Assembly (NCBI GenBank): GCA_964057225.1
Contig: OZ059900.1
Location: 25,296,001-25,360,000, forward strand
Source: Auanema rhodensis
Taxonomy: Eukaryota; Animalia; Nematoda
DNA length: 64,000 nucleotides
Direction: 5' to 3'
Both the position numbers and the translations under genes were made by a program. Below the pieces are notes generated by a model. The model did no database searches, was not told where the DNA came from, and was given only the letters and a program-made list of their open reading frames with translations. Below are positions 38,501 to 51,700 of the stretch, piece after piece; position 1 is the stretch's first letter; each line of letters opens with the position of its first letter.

Positions 38501-41500
38501 TGTTTACAGCGAAATTTCCAAAAACTGGTTTTCCAGCATAATAAAATATTTCTCATGGGAAATACTGTGTTTTTGTATTTTTCTAGTGTTCAGCATGTAA
38601 AATGCTTCATTTTAGTATGTAACACGCTGAAATTCGTTGCATTTGACGACTCATATGAACAAAAATCGATTTAATCAATATTAGCCATAAGGGGCGTGCC
38701 CTCAGAATATGCTAATTTCCTTAATTTTCTAACCCCTGTTTTTTTGTCGTGAAAGTGGAACTAGACGATGTACGAACAATTTTGAGCTAGGTTTCATTGA
38801 CATTGCATGAGTTTGAACACATGAAATCGTAAGTCAAAACCTTGTTTACAGCGAAATTTCCAAAAACTGGTTTTCCAGCATAATAAAATATTTCTCATGG
38901 GAAAAACTGTGTTTTTGTATTTTTCTAGTGTTCAGCATGTAAAATGCTTCATTTTAGTATGTAACACACTGAAATTTGTTGCATTTGACGACTCATATGA
39001 ACAAAAATCGATTTAATCAATATTAGCCATAAGGGGCGTGCCCTCAGAATATGCTAATTTCCTTAATTTTCTAACCCCTGTTTTTTTGTCGTGAAAGTGG
39101 AACTAGACGTTGTACGAACAATTTTGAGCTAGGTTTTATTGACATTGCATGAGTTTGAACACATGAAATCGTAAGTCAAAACCTTGTTTACAGCGAAATT
39201 TCCAAAAACTGGTTTTCCAGCATAATAAAATATTTCTCATGGGAAATACTGTGTTTTTGTATTTTTCTAGTGTTCAGCATGTAAAATGCTTCATTTTAGT
39301 ATGTAACACGCTGAAATTCGTTGCATTTGACGACTCATATGAACAAAAATTGATTTAATCAATATTAGCCATAAGGGGCGTGCCCTCAGAATATGCTAAT
39401 TTCCTTAATTTTCTAACCCCTTTTTTTCTGTCGTGAAAGTGGAACTAGACGATGTACGAACAATTTTGAGCTAGGTTTCATTGACATTGCATGAGTTTGA
39501 ACACATGAAATCGTAAGTCAAAACCTTGTTTACAGCGAAATTTCCAAAAACTGGTTTTCCAGCATAATAAAATATTTCTCATGGGAAATACTGTGTTTTT
39601 GTATTTTTCTAGTGTTCAGCATGTAAAATGCTTCATTTTAGTATGTAACACGCTGAAATTCGTTGCATTTGACGACTCATATGAACAAAAATCGATTTAA
39701 TCAATATTAGCCATAAGGGGCGTGCCCTCAGAATATGCTAATTTCCTTAATTTTCTAACCCCTGTTTTTTTGTCGTGAAAGTGGAACTAGACGTTGTACG
39801 AACAATTTTGAGCTAGGTTTCATTGACATTGCATGAGTTTGAACACATGAAATCGTAAGTCAAAACCTTGTTTACAGCGAAATTTCCAAAAACTGGTTTT
39901 CCAGCATAATAAAATATTTCTCATGGGAAATACTGTGTTTTTGTATTTTTCTAGTGTTCAGCATGTAAAATGCTTCATTTTAGTATGTAACACGCTGAAA
40001 TTCGTTGCATTTGACGACTCATATGAACAAAAATCGATTTAATCAATATTAGCCATAAGGGGCGTGCCCTCAGAATATGCTAATTTCCTAAATTTTCTAA
40101 CCCCTGTTTTTTTGTCGTGAAAGTGGAACTAGACGTTGTACGAACAATTTTGAGCTAGGTTTCATTGACATTGCATGATTTGAACACATGAAATCGTAAG
40201 TCAAAACCTTGTTTACAGCGAAATTTCCAAAAACTGGTTTTCCAGCATAATAAAATATTTCTCATGGGAAATACTGTGTTTTTGTATTTTTCTAGTGTTC
40301 AGAATGTAGAATGCTTCATTTTAGTATGTAACACGCTGAAATTCGTTGCATTTGACGACTCATATGAACAAAAATCGATTTAATCAATATTAGCCATAAG
40401 GGGCGTGCCCTCAGAATATGCTAATTTCCTTAATTTTCTAACCCCTGTTTTTTTGTCGTGAAAGTGGAACTAGACGTTGTACGAACAATTTTGAGCTAGG
40501 TTTCATTGACATTGCATGAGTTTGAACACATGAAATCGTAAGTCAAAACCTTGTTTACAGCGAAATTTCCAAAAACTGGTTTTCCAGCATAATAAAATAT
40601 TTCTCATGGGAAATACTGTGTTTTTGTATTTTTCTAGTGTTCAGCATGTAAAATGCTTCATTTTAGTATGTAACACGCTGAAATTCGTTGCATTTGACGA
40701 CTCATATGAACAAAAATCAATTTAATCAATATTAGCCATAAGGGGCGTGCCCTCAGAATATGCTAATTTCCTTAATTTTCTAACCCCTGTTTTTTTGTCG
40801 TGAAAGTGGAACTAGACGTTCTACGAACAATTTTGAGCTAGGTTTCATTGACATTGCATGAGTTTGAACACATGAAATCGTAAGTCAAAACCTTGTTTAC
40901 AGCGAAATTTCCAAAAACTGGTTTTCCAGCATAATAAAATATTTCTCATGGGAAAAACTGTGTTTTTGTATTCTTCTAGTGTTCAGCATGTAAAATGCTT
41001 CATTTTAGTATGTAACACACTGAAATTTGTTGCATTTGACGACTCATATGAACAAAAATTGATTTAATCAATATTAGTCATAAGGGGCGTGCCCTCAGAA
41101 TATGCTAATTTCCTTAATTTTCTAACCCCTGTTTTTTTGTCGTGAAAGTGGAACTAGACGATGTACGAACAATTTTGAGCTAGGTTTCATTGACATTGCA
41201 TGAGTTTGAACACATGAAATCGTAAGTCAAAACCTTGTTTACAGCGAAATTTCCAAAAACTGGTTTTCCAGCATAATAAAATATTTCTCATGGGAAATAC
41301 TGTGTTTTTGTATTTTTCTAGTGTTCAGCATGTAAAATGCTTCATTTTAGTATGTAACACGCTGAAATTCGTTGCATTTGACGACTCATATGAACAAAAA
41401 TCGATTTAATCAATATTAGCCATAAGGGGCGTGCCCTCAGAATATGCTAATTTCCTTAATTTTCTAACCCCTGTTTTTTTGTCGTGAAAGTGGAACTAGA

Positions 41501-44500
41501 CGATGTACGAACAATTTTGAGCTAGGTTTCATTGACATTGCATGAGTTTGAACACATGAAATCGTAAGTCAAAACCTTGTTTACAGCGAAATTTCCAAAA
41601 ACTGGTTTTCCAGCATAATAAAATATTTCTCATGGGAAATACTGTGTTTTTGTATTTTTCTAGTGTTCAGCATGTAAAATGCTTCATTTTAGTATGTAAC
41701 ACGCTGAAATTCGTTGCATTTGACGACTCATATGAACAAAAATCGATTTAATCAATATTAGCCATAAGGGGCGTGCCCTCAGAATATGCTAATTTCCTTA
41801 ATTTTCTAACCCCTGTTTTTTTGTCGTGAAAGTGGAACTAGACGATGTACGAACAATTTTGAGCTAGGTTTCATTGACATTGCATGAGTTTGAACACATG
41901 AAATCGTAAGTCAAAACCTTGTTTACAGCGAAATTTCCAAAAACTGGTTTTCCAGCATAATAAAATATTTCTCATGGGAAATACTGTGTTTTTATATTTT
42001 TCTAGTGTTCAGCATGTAAAATGCTTCATTTTAGTATGTAACACGCTGAAATTCGTTGCATTTAACGACTCATATGAACAAAAATCGATTTAATCAATAT
42101 TAGCCATAAGGGGCGTGCCCTCAGAATATGCTAATTTCCTTAATTTTCTAACCCCTGTTTTTTTGTCGTGAAAGTGGAACTAGACGATGTACGAACAATT
42201 TTGAGCTAGGTTTCATTGACATTGCATGAGTTTGAACACATGAAATCGTAAGTCAAAACCTTGTTTACAGCGAAATTTCCAAAAACTGGTTTTCCATCAT
42301 AATAAAATATTTCTCATGGGAAATACTGTGTTTTTATATTTTTCTAGTGTTCAGCATGTGAAATGCTTAATTTTAGTATGTAACACGCTGAAATTCGTTG
42401 CATTTGACGACTCATATGAACAAAAATCGATTTAATCAATATTAGCCATAAGGGGCGTGCCCTCAGAATATGCTAATTTCCTTAATTTTCTAACCCCTGT
42501 TTTTTTGTCGTGAAAGTGGAACTAGACGTTGTACGAACAATTTTGAGCTAGGTTTCATTGACATTGCATGAGTTTGAACACATGAAATCGTAAGTCAAAA
42601 CCTTGTTGACAGCGAAATTTCCAAAAACTGGTTTTCCAGCATAATAAAATATTTCTCATGGGAAATACTGTGTTTTTGTATTTTTCTAGTGTTCAGCATG
42701 TAAAATGCTTCATTTTAGTATGTAACACGCTGAAATTCGTTGCATTTGACGACTCATATGAACAAAAATCGATTTAATCAATATTAGCCATAAGGGGCGT
42801 GCCCTCAGAATATGCTAATTTCCTTAATTTTCTAACCCCTGTTTTTTTGTCGTGAAAGTGGAACTAGATGTTCTAGGAACAATTTTGAGCTAGGTTTCAT
42901 TGACATTGCATGAGTTTGAACACATGAAATCGCAAGTCAAAACCTTGTTTACAGCGAAATTTCCAAAAACTGGTTTTCCAGCATAATAAAATATTTCTCA
43001 TGGGAAAAACTGTGTTTTTGTATTTTTCTAGTGTTCAGCATGTAAAATGCTTCATTTTAGTATGTAACACACTGAAATTTGTTGCATTTGACGACTCATA
43101 TGAACAAAAATCGATTTAATCAATATTAGCCATAAGGGGCGTGCCCTCAGAATATGCTAATTTCCTTAATTTTCTAACCCCTGTTTTTTTGTCGTGAAAG
43201 TGGAACTAGACGTTGTACGAACAATTTTGAGCTAGGTTTCATTGACATTGCATGAGTTTGAACACATGAAATCGTAAGTCAAAACCTTGTTTACAGCGAA
43301 ATTTCCAAAAACTGGTTTTCCAGCATAATAAAATATTTCTCATGGGAAATACTGTGTTTTTGTATTTTTCTAGTGTTCAGCATGTAAAATGCTTCATTTT
43401 AGTATGTAACACGCTGAAATTCGTTGCATTTGACGACTCATATGAACAAAAATCGATTTAATCAATATTAGCCATAAGGGGCGTGCCCTCAGAATATGCT
43501 AATTTCCTTAATTTTCTAACCCCTGTTTTTTTGTCGTGAAAGTGGAACTAGACGATGTACGAACAATTTTGAGCTAGGTTTCATTGACATTGCATGAGTT
43601 TGAACACATGAAATCGTAAGTCAAAACCTTGTTTACAGCGAAATTTCCAAAAACTGGTTTTCCAGCATAATAAAATATTTCTCATGGGAAATACTGTGTT
43701 TTTGTATTTTTCTAGTGTTCAGCATGTAAAATGCTTCATTTTAGTATGTAACACGCTGAAATTCGTTGCATTTGACGACTCATATGAACAAAAATCGATT
43801 TAATCAATATTAGCCATAAGGGGCGTGCCCTCAGAATATGCTAATTTCCTTAATTTTCTAACCCCTGTTTTTTTGTCGTGAAAGTGGAACTAGACGTTCT
43901 ACGAACAATTTTGAGCTAGGTTTCATTGACATTGCATGAGTTTGAACACATGAAATCGTAAGTCAAAACCTTGTTTACAGCGAAATTTCCAAAAACTGGT
44001 TTTCCAGCATAATAAAATATTTCTCATGGGAAAAACTGTGTTTTTGTATTTTTCTAGTGTTCAGCATGTAAAATGCTTCATTTTAGTATGTAACACACTG
44101 AAATTTGTTGCATTTGACGACTCATATGAACAAAAATCGATTTAATCAATATTAGCCATAAGGGGCGTGCCCTCAGAATATGCTAATTTCCTTAATTTTC
44201 TAACCCCTGTTTTTTTGTCGTGAAAGTGGAACTAGACGTTGTACGAACAATTTTGAGCTAGGTTTCATTGACATTGCATGATTTGAACACATGAAATCGT
44301 AAGTCAAAACCTTGTTTACAGCGAAATTTCCAAAAACTGGTTTTCCAGCATAATAAAATATTTCTCATGGGAAATACAGTGTTTTTGTGTTTTTGTAGTG
44401 TTCAGCATGTAAAATGCGTCATTTTAGTATGTAAAACGCTGAAATTCGTTGCATTTGACGACTCATATGAACAAAAATCGGTTTTATCAATATTAGCCAT

Positions 44501-45741
44501 AAGGGGCGTGCCCTCAGAATATGCTAATTTCCTTAATTTTCTAACCCCTGTTTTTTTGTCGTGAAAGTGGAACTAGACGTTGTACAAACAATTTTGAGCT
44601 AGGTTTCATTGACATTGCATGAGTTTGAACACATGAAATCGTAAGTCAAAACCTTGTTTACAGCGAAATTTCCAAAAACTGGTTTTCCAGCATAATAAAA
44701 TATTTCTCATGGGAAATACTGTGTTTTTATATTTTTCTAGTGTTCAGCATGTGAAATGCTTAATTTTAGTATGTAACACGCTGAAATTCGTTGCATTTGA
44801 CGGCTCATATGAACAAAAATCGATTTAATCAATATTAGCCATAAGGGGCGTGCCCTCAGAATATGCTAATTTCCTTAATTTTCTAACCCCTGTTTTTTTG
44901 TCGTGAAAGTGGAACTAGACGTTGTACGAACAATTTTGAGCTAGGTTTCATTGACATTGCATGAGTTTGAACACATTAAATCGTAAGTCAAAACCTTGTT
45001 TACAGCGAAATTTCCAAAAACTGGTTTTCCAGCATAATAAAATATTTCTCATGGGAAAAACTGTGTTTTTGTATTTTTCTAGTGTTCAGCATGTAAAATG
45101 CTTCATTTTAGTATGTAACACACTGAAATTTGTTGCATTTGACGACTCATATGAACAAAAATCGATTTAATCAATATTAGCCATAAGGGGCGTGCCCTCA
45201 GAATATGCTAATTTCCTTAATTTTCTAACCCCTGTTTTTTTGTCGTGAAAGTGGAACTAGACGTTGTACGAACAATTTTGAGCTAGGTTTCATTGACATT
45301 GCATGAGTTTGAACACATGAAATCGTAAGTCAAAACCTTGTTTACAGCGAAATTTCCAAAAACTGGTTTTCCAGCATAATAAAATATTTCTCATGGGAAA
45401 TACTGTGTTTTTGTATTTTTCTAGTGTTCAGCATGTAAAATGCTTCATTTTAGTATGTAACACGCTGAAATTCGTTGCATTTGACGACTCATATGAACAA
45501 AAATCGATTTAATCAATATTAGCCATAAGGGGCGTGCCCTCAGAATATGCTAATTTCCTTAATTTTCTAACCCCTGTTTTTTTGTCGTGAAAGTGGAACT
45601 AGACGATGTACGAACAATTTTGAGCTAGGTTTCATTGACATTGCATGAGTTTGAACACATGAAATCGTAAGTCAAAACCTTGTTTACAGCGAAATTTCCA
45701 AAAACTGGTTTTCCAGCATAATAAAATATTTCTCATGGGAA
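32059..45741. repeat. 20-monomer (6838-bp) direct tandem duplication
   Basis: Rare variants pair at +6838: TTGTTGACAG 35770/42608, TAGATGTTCT 36031/42869, ORF-track starts 37529/44367 and 38123/44961, and deletions 33340/40178 and 37443/44281. Confidence 0.9.
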
Positions 45742-48700
45742 ATACTGTGTTTTTGTATTTTTCTAGTGTTCAGCATGTAAAATGCTTCATTTTAGTATGT
45801 AACACGCTGAAATTCGTTGCATTTGACGACTCATATGAACAAAAATCGATTTAATCAATATTAGCCATAAGGGGCGTGCCCTCAGAATATGCTAATTTCC
45901 TTAATTTTCTAACCCCTGTTTTTTTGTCGTGAAAGTGGAACTAGACGTTGTACGAACAATTTTGAGCTAGGTTTCATTGACATTGCATGAGTTTGAACAC
46001 ATGAAATCGTAAGTCAAAACCTTGTTTACAGCGAAATTTCCAAAAACTGGTTTTCCAGCATAATAAAATATTTCTCATGGGAAATACTGTGTTTTTGTAT
46101 TTTTCTAGTGTTCAGCATGTAAAATGCTTCATTTTAGTATGTAACACGCTGAAATTCGTTGCATTTGACGACTCATATGAACAAAAATCGATTTAATCAA
46201 TATTAGCCATAAGGGGCGTGCCCTCAGAATATGCTAATTTCCTAAATTTTCTAACCCCTGTTTTTTTGTCGTGAAAGTGGAACTAGACGTTGTACGAACA
46301 ATTTTGAGCTAGGTTTCATTGACATTGCATGATTTGAACACATGAAATCGTAAGTCAAAACCTTGTTTACAGCGATATTTCCAAAAACTGGTTTTCCAGC
46401 ATAATAAAATTTTTCTCATGGGAAATACTGTGTTTTTGTATTTTTCTAGTGTTCAGAATGTAGAATGCTTCATTTTAGTATGTAACACGCTGAAATTCGT
46501 TGCATTTGACGACTCATATGAACAAAAATCGATTTAATCAATATTAGCCATAAGGGGCGTGCCCTCAGAATATGCTAATTTCCTTAATTTTCTAACCCCT
46601 GTTTTTTTGTCGTGAAAGTGGAACTAGACGTTGTACGAACAATTTTGAGCTAGGTTTCATTGACATTGCATGAGTTTGAACACATGAAATCGTAAGTCAA
46701 AACCTTGTTTACAGCGAAATTTCCAAAAACTGGTTTTCCAGCATAATAAAATATTTCTCATGGGAAATACTGTGTTTTTGTATTTTTCTAGTGTTCAGCA
46801 TGTAAAATGCTTCATTTTAGTATGTAACACGCTGAAATTCGTTGCATTTGACGACTCATATGAACAAAAATCGATTTAATCAATATTAGCCATAAGGGGC
46901 GTGCCCTCAGAATATGCTAATTTCCTTAATTTTCTAACCCCTGTTTTTTTGTCGTGAAAGTGGAACTAGACGATGTACGAACAATTTTGAGCTAGGTTTC
47001 ATTGACATTGCATGAGTTTGAACACATGAAATCGTAAGTCAAAACCTTGTTTACAGCGAAATTTCCAAAAACTGGTTTTCCAGCATAATAAAATATTTCT
47101 CATGGGAAATACTGTGTTTTTGTATTTTTCTAGCGTTCAGCATGTAAAATGCTTCATTTTAGTATGTAACACGCTGAAATTCGTTGCATTTAACGACTCA
47201 TATGAACAAAAATCGATTTAATCAATATTAGCCATAAGGGGCGTGCCCTCAGAATATGCTAATTTCCTTAATTTTCTAACCCCTGTTTTTTTGTCGTGAA
47301 AGTGGAACTAGACGATGTACGAACAATTTTGAGCTAGGTTTCATTGACATTGCATGAGTTTGAACACATGAAATCGTAAGTCAAAACCTTGTTTACAGCG
47401 AAATTTCCAAAAACTGGTTTTCCAGCATAAAAAAATATTTCTCATGGGAAACACTGTGTTTTTGTATTTTTCTAGTGTTCAGCATGTAAAATGCTTCATT
47501 TTAGTATGTAACACGCTGAAATTCGTTGCATTTGACGACTCATATGAACAAAAATCGATTTAATCAATATTAGCCATAAGGGGCGTGCCCTCAGAATATG
47601 CTAATTTCCTTAATTTTCTAACCCCTGTTTTTTCGTTGTGAAAGTGGAACTAGACGTTGTACGAACAATTTTGAGCTAGGTTTCATTGACATTGCATGAG
47701 TTTGAACACATGAAATCGTAAGTCAAAACCTTGTTTACAGCGAAATTTCCAAAAACTGGTTTTCCAGCATAATAAAATATTTCTCATGGGAAATACTGTG
47801 TTTTTGTATTTTTCTAGTGTTCAGCATGTAGAATGCTTCATTTTAGTATGTAACACGCTGAAATTCGTTGCATTTGACGACTCATATGAACAAAAATCGA
47901 TTTAATCAATATTAGCCATAAGGGGCGTGCCCTCAGAATATTCTAATTTCCTAAATTTTCTAACCCCTGTTTTTTTGTCGTGAAAGTGGAACTAGACGTT
48001 GTACGAACAATTTTGAGCTAGGTTTCATTGACATTGCATGATTTGAACACATGAAATCGTAAGTCAAAACCTTGTTTACAGCGATATTTCCAAAAACTGG
48101 TTTTCCAGCATAATAAAATTTTTCTCATGGGAAATACTGTGTTTTTGTATTTTTCTAGTGTTCAGAATGTAGAATGCTTCATTTTAGTATGTAACACGCT
48201 GAAATTCGTTGCATTTGACGACTCATATGAACAAAAATCGATTTAATCAATATTAGCCATAAGGGGCGTGCCCTCAGAATATGCTAATTTCCTTAATTTT
48301 CTAACCCCTGTTTTTTTGTCGTGAAAGTGGAACTAGACGTTGTACGAACAATTTTGAGCTAGGTTTCATTGACATTGCATGAGTTTGAACACATGAAATC
48401 GTAAGTCAAAACCTTGTTTACAGCGAAATTTCCAAAAACTGGTTTTCCAGCATAATAAAATATTTCTCATGGGAAATACTGTGTTTTTGTATTTTTCTAG
48501 TGTTCAGCATGTAAAATGCTTCATTTTAGTATGTAACACGCTGAAATTCGTTGCATTTGACGACTCATATGAACAAAAATCGATTTAATCAATATTAGCC
48601 ATAAGGGGCGTGCCCTCAGAATATGCTAATTTCCTTAATTTTCTAACCCCTGTTTTTTTGTCGTGAAAGTGGAACTAGACGTTGTACGAACAATTTTGAG

Positions 48701-51700
48701 CTAGGTTTCATTGACATTGCATGAGTTTGAACACATTAAATCGTAAGTCAAAACCTTGTTTACAGCGAAATTTCCAAAAACTGGTTTTCCAGCATAATAA
48801 AATATTTCTCATGGGAAAAACTGTGTTTTTGTATTTTTCTAGTGTTCAGCATGTAAAATGCTTCATTTTAGTATGTAACACACTGAAATTTGTTGCATTT
48901 GACGACTCATATGAACAAAAATCGATTTAATCAATATTAGCCATAAGGGGCGTGCCCTCAGAATATGCTAATTTCCTTAATTTTCTAACCCCTGTTTTTT
49001 TGTCGTGAAAGTGGAACTAGACGTTGTACGAACAATTTTGAGCTAGGTTTCATTGACATTGCATGAGTTTGAACACATGAAATCGTAAGTCAAAACCTTG
49101 TTTACAGCGAAATTTCCAAAAACTGGTTTTCCAGCATAATAAAATATTTCTCATGGGAAATACTGTGTTTTTGTATTTTTCTAGTGTTCAGCATGTAAAA
49201 TGCTTCATTTTAGTATGTAACACGCTGAAATTCGTTGCATTTGACGACTCATATGAACAAAAATCGATTTAATCAATATTAGCCATAAGGGGCGTGCCCT
49301 CAGAATATGCTAATTTCCTTAATTTTCTAACCCCTGTTTTTTTGTCGTGAAAGTGGAACTAGACGATGTACGAACAATTTTGAGCTAGGTTTCATTGACA
49401 TTGCATGAGTTTGAACACATGAAATCGTAAGTCAAAACCTTGTTTACAGCGAAATTTCCAAAAACTGGTTTTCCAGCATAATAAAATATTTCTCATGGGA
49501 AATACTGTGTTTTTGTATTTTTCTAGTGTTCAGCATGTAAAATGCTTCATTTTAGTATGTAACACGCTGAAATTCGTTGCATTTGACGACTCATATGAAC
49601 AAAAATCGATTTAATCAATATTAGCCATAAGGGGCGTGCCCTCAGAATATGCTAATTTCCTTAATTTTCTAACCCCTGTTTTTTTGTCGTGAAAGTGGAA
49701 CTAGACGTTGTACGAACAATTTTGAGCTAGGTTTCATTGACATTGCATGAGTTTGAACACATGAAATCGTAAGTCAAAACCTTGTTTACAGCGAAATTTC
49801 CAAAAACTGGTTTTCCAGCATAATAAAATATTTCTCATGGGAAATACTGTGTTTTTGTATTTTTCTAGTGTTCAGCATGTAAAATGCTTCATTTTAGTAT
49901 GTAACACGCTGAAATTCGTTGCATTTGACGACTCATATGAACAAAAATCGATTTAATCAATATTAGCCATAAGGGGCGTGCCCTCAGAATATGCTAATTT
50001 CCTAAATTTTCTAACCCCTGTTTTTTTGTCGTGAAAGTGGAACTAGACGTTGTACGAACAATTTTGAGCTAGGTTTCATTGACATTGCATGAGTTTGAAC
50101 ACATGAAATCGTAAGTCAAAACCTTGTTTACAGCGAAATTTCCAAAAACTGGTTTTCCAGCATAATAAAATATTTCTCATGGGAAATACTGTGTTTTTGT
50201 ATTTTTCTAGTGTTCAGCATGTAAAATGCTTCATTTTAGTATGTAACACGCTGAAATTCGTTGCATTTGACGACTCATATGAACAAAAATCGATTTAATC
50301 AATATTAGCCATAAGGGGCGTGCCCTCAGAATATGCTAATTTCCTTAATTTTCTAACCCCTGTTTTTTTGTCGTGAAAGTGGAACTAGACGTTGTACGAA
50401 CAATTTTGAGCTAGGTTTCATTGACATTGCATGAGTTTGAACACATTAAATCGTAAGTCAAAACCTTGTTTACAGCGAAATTTCCAAAAACTGGTTTTCC
50501 AGCATAATAAAATATTTCTCATGGGAAAAACTGTGTTTTTGTATTTTTCTAGTGTTCAGCATGTAAAATGCTTCATTTTAGTATGTAACACACTGAAATT
50601 TGTTGCATTTGACGACTCATATGAACAAAAATCGATTTAATCAATATTAGCCATAAGGGGCGTGCCCTCAGAATATGCTAATTTCCTTAATTTTCTAACC
50701 CCTGTTTTTTTGTCGTGAAAGTGGAACTAGACGTTGTACGAACAATTTTGAGCTAGGTTTCATTGACATTGCATGAGTTTGAACACATGAAATCGTAAGT
50801 CAAAACCTTGTTTACAGCGAAATTTCCAAAAACTGGTTTTCCAGCATAATAAAATATTTCTCATGGGAAATACTGTGTTTTTGTATTTTTCTAGTGTTCA
50901 GCATGTAAAATGCTTCATTTTAGTATGTAACACGCTGAAATTCGTTGCATTTGACGACTCATATGAACAAAAATCGATTTAATCAATATTAGCCATAAGG
51001 GGCGTGCCCTCAGAATATGCTAATTTCCTTAATTTTCTAACCCCTGTTTTTTTGTCGTGAAAGTGGAACTAGACGATGTACGAACAATTTTGAGCTAGGT
51101 TTCATTGACATTGCATGAGTTTGAACACATGAAATCGTAAGTCAAAACCTTGTTTACAGCGAAATTTCCAAAAACTGGTTTTCCAGCATAATAAAATATT
51201 TCTCATGGGAAATACTGTGTTTTTGTATTTTTCTAGTGTTCAGCATGTAAAATGCTTCATTTTAGTATGTAACACGCTGAAATTCGTTGCATTTGACGAC
51301 TCATATGAACAAAAATCGATTTAATCAATATTAGCCATAAGGGGCGTGCCCTCAGAATATGCTAATTTCCTTAATTTTCTAACCCCTGTTTTTTTGTCGT
51401 GAAAGTGGAACTAGACGTTGTACGAACAATTTTGAGCTAGGTTTCATTGACATTGCATGAGTTTGAACACATGAAATCGTAAGTCAAAACCTTGTTTACA
51501 GCGAAATTTCCAAAAACTGGTTTTCCAGCATAATAAAATATTTCTCATGGGAAATACTGTGTTTTTGTATTTTTCTAGTGTTCAGCATGTAAAATGCTTC
51601 ATTTTAGTATGTAACACGCTGAAATTCGTTGCATTTGACGACTCATATGAACAAAAATCGATTTAATCAATATTAGCCATAAGGGGCGTGCCCTCAGAAT

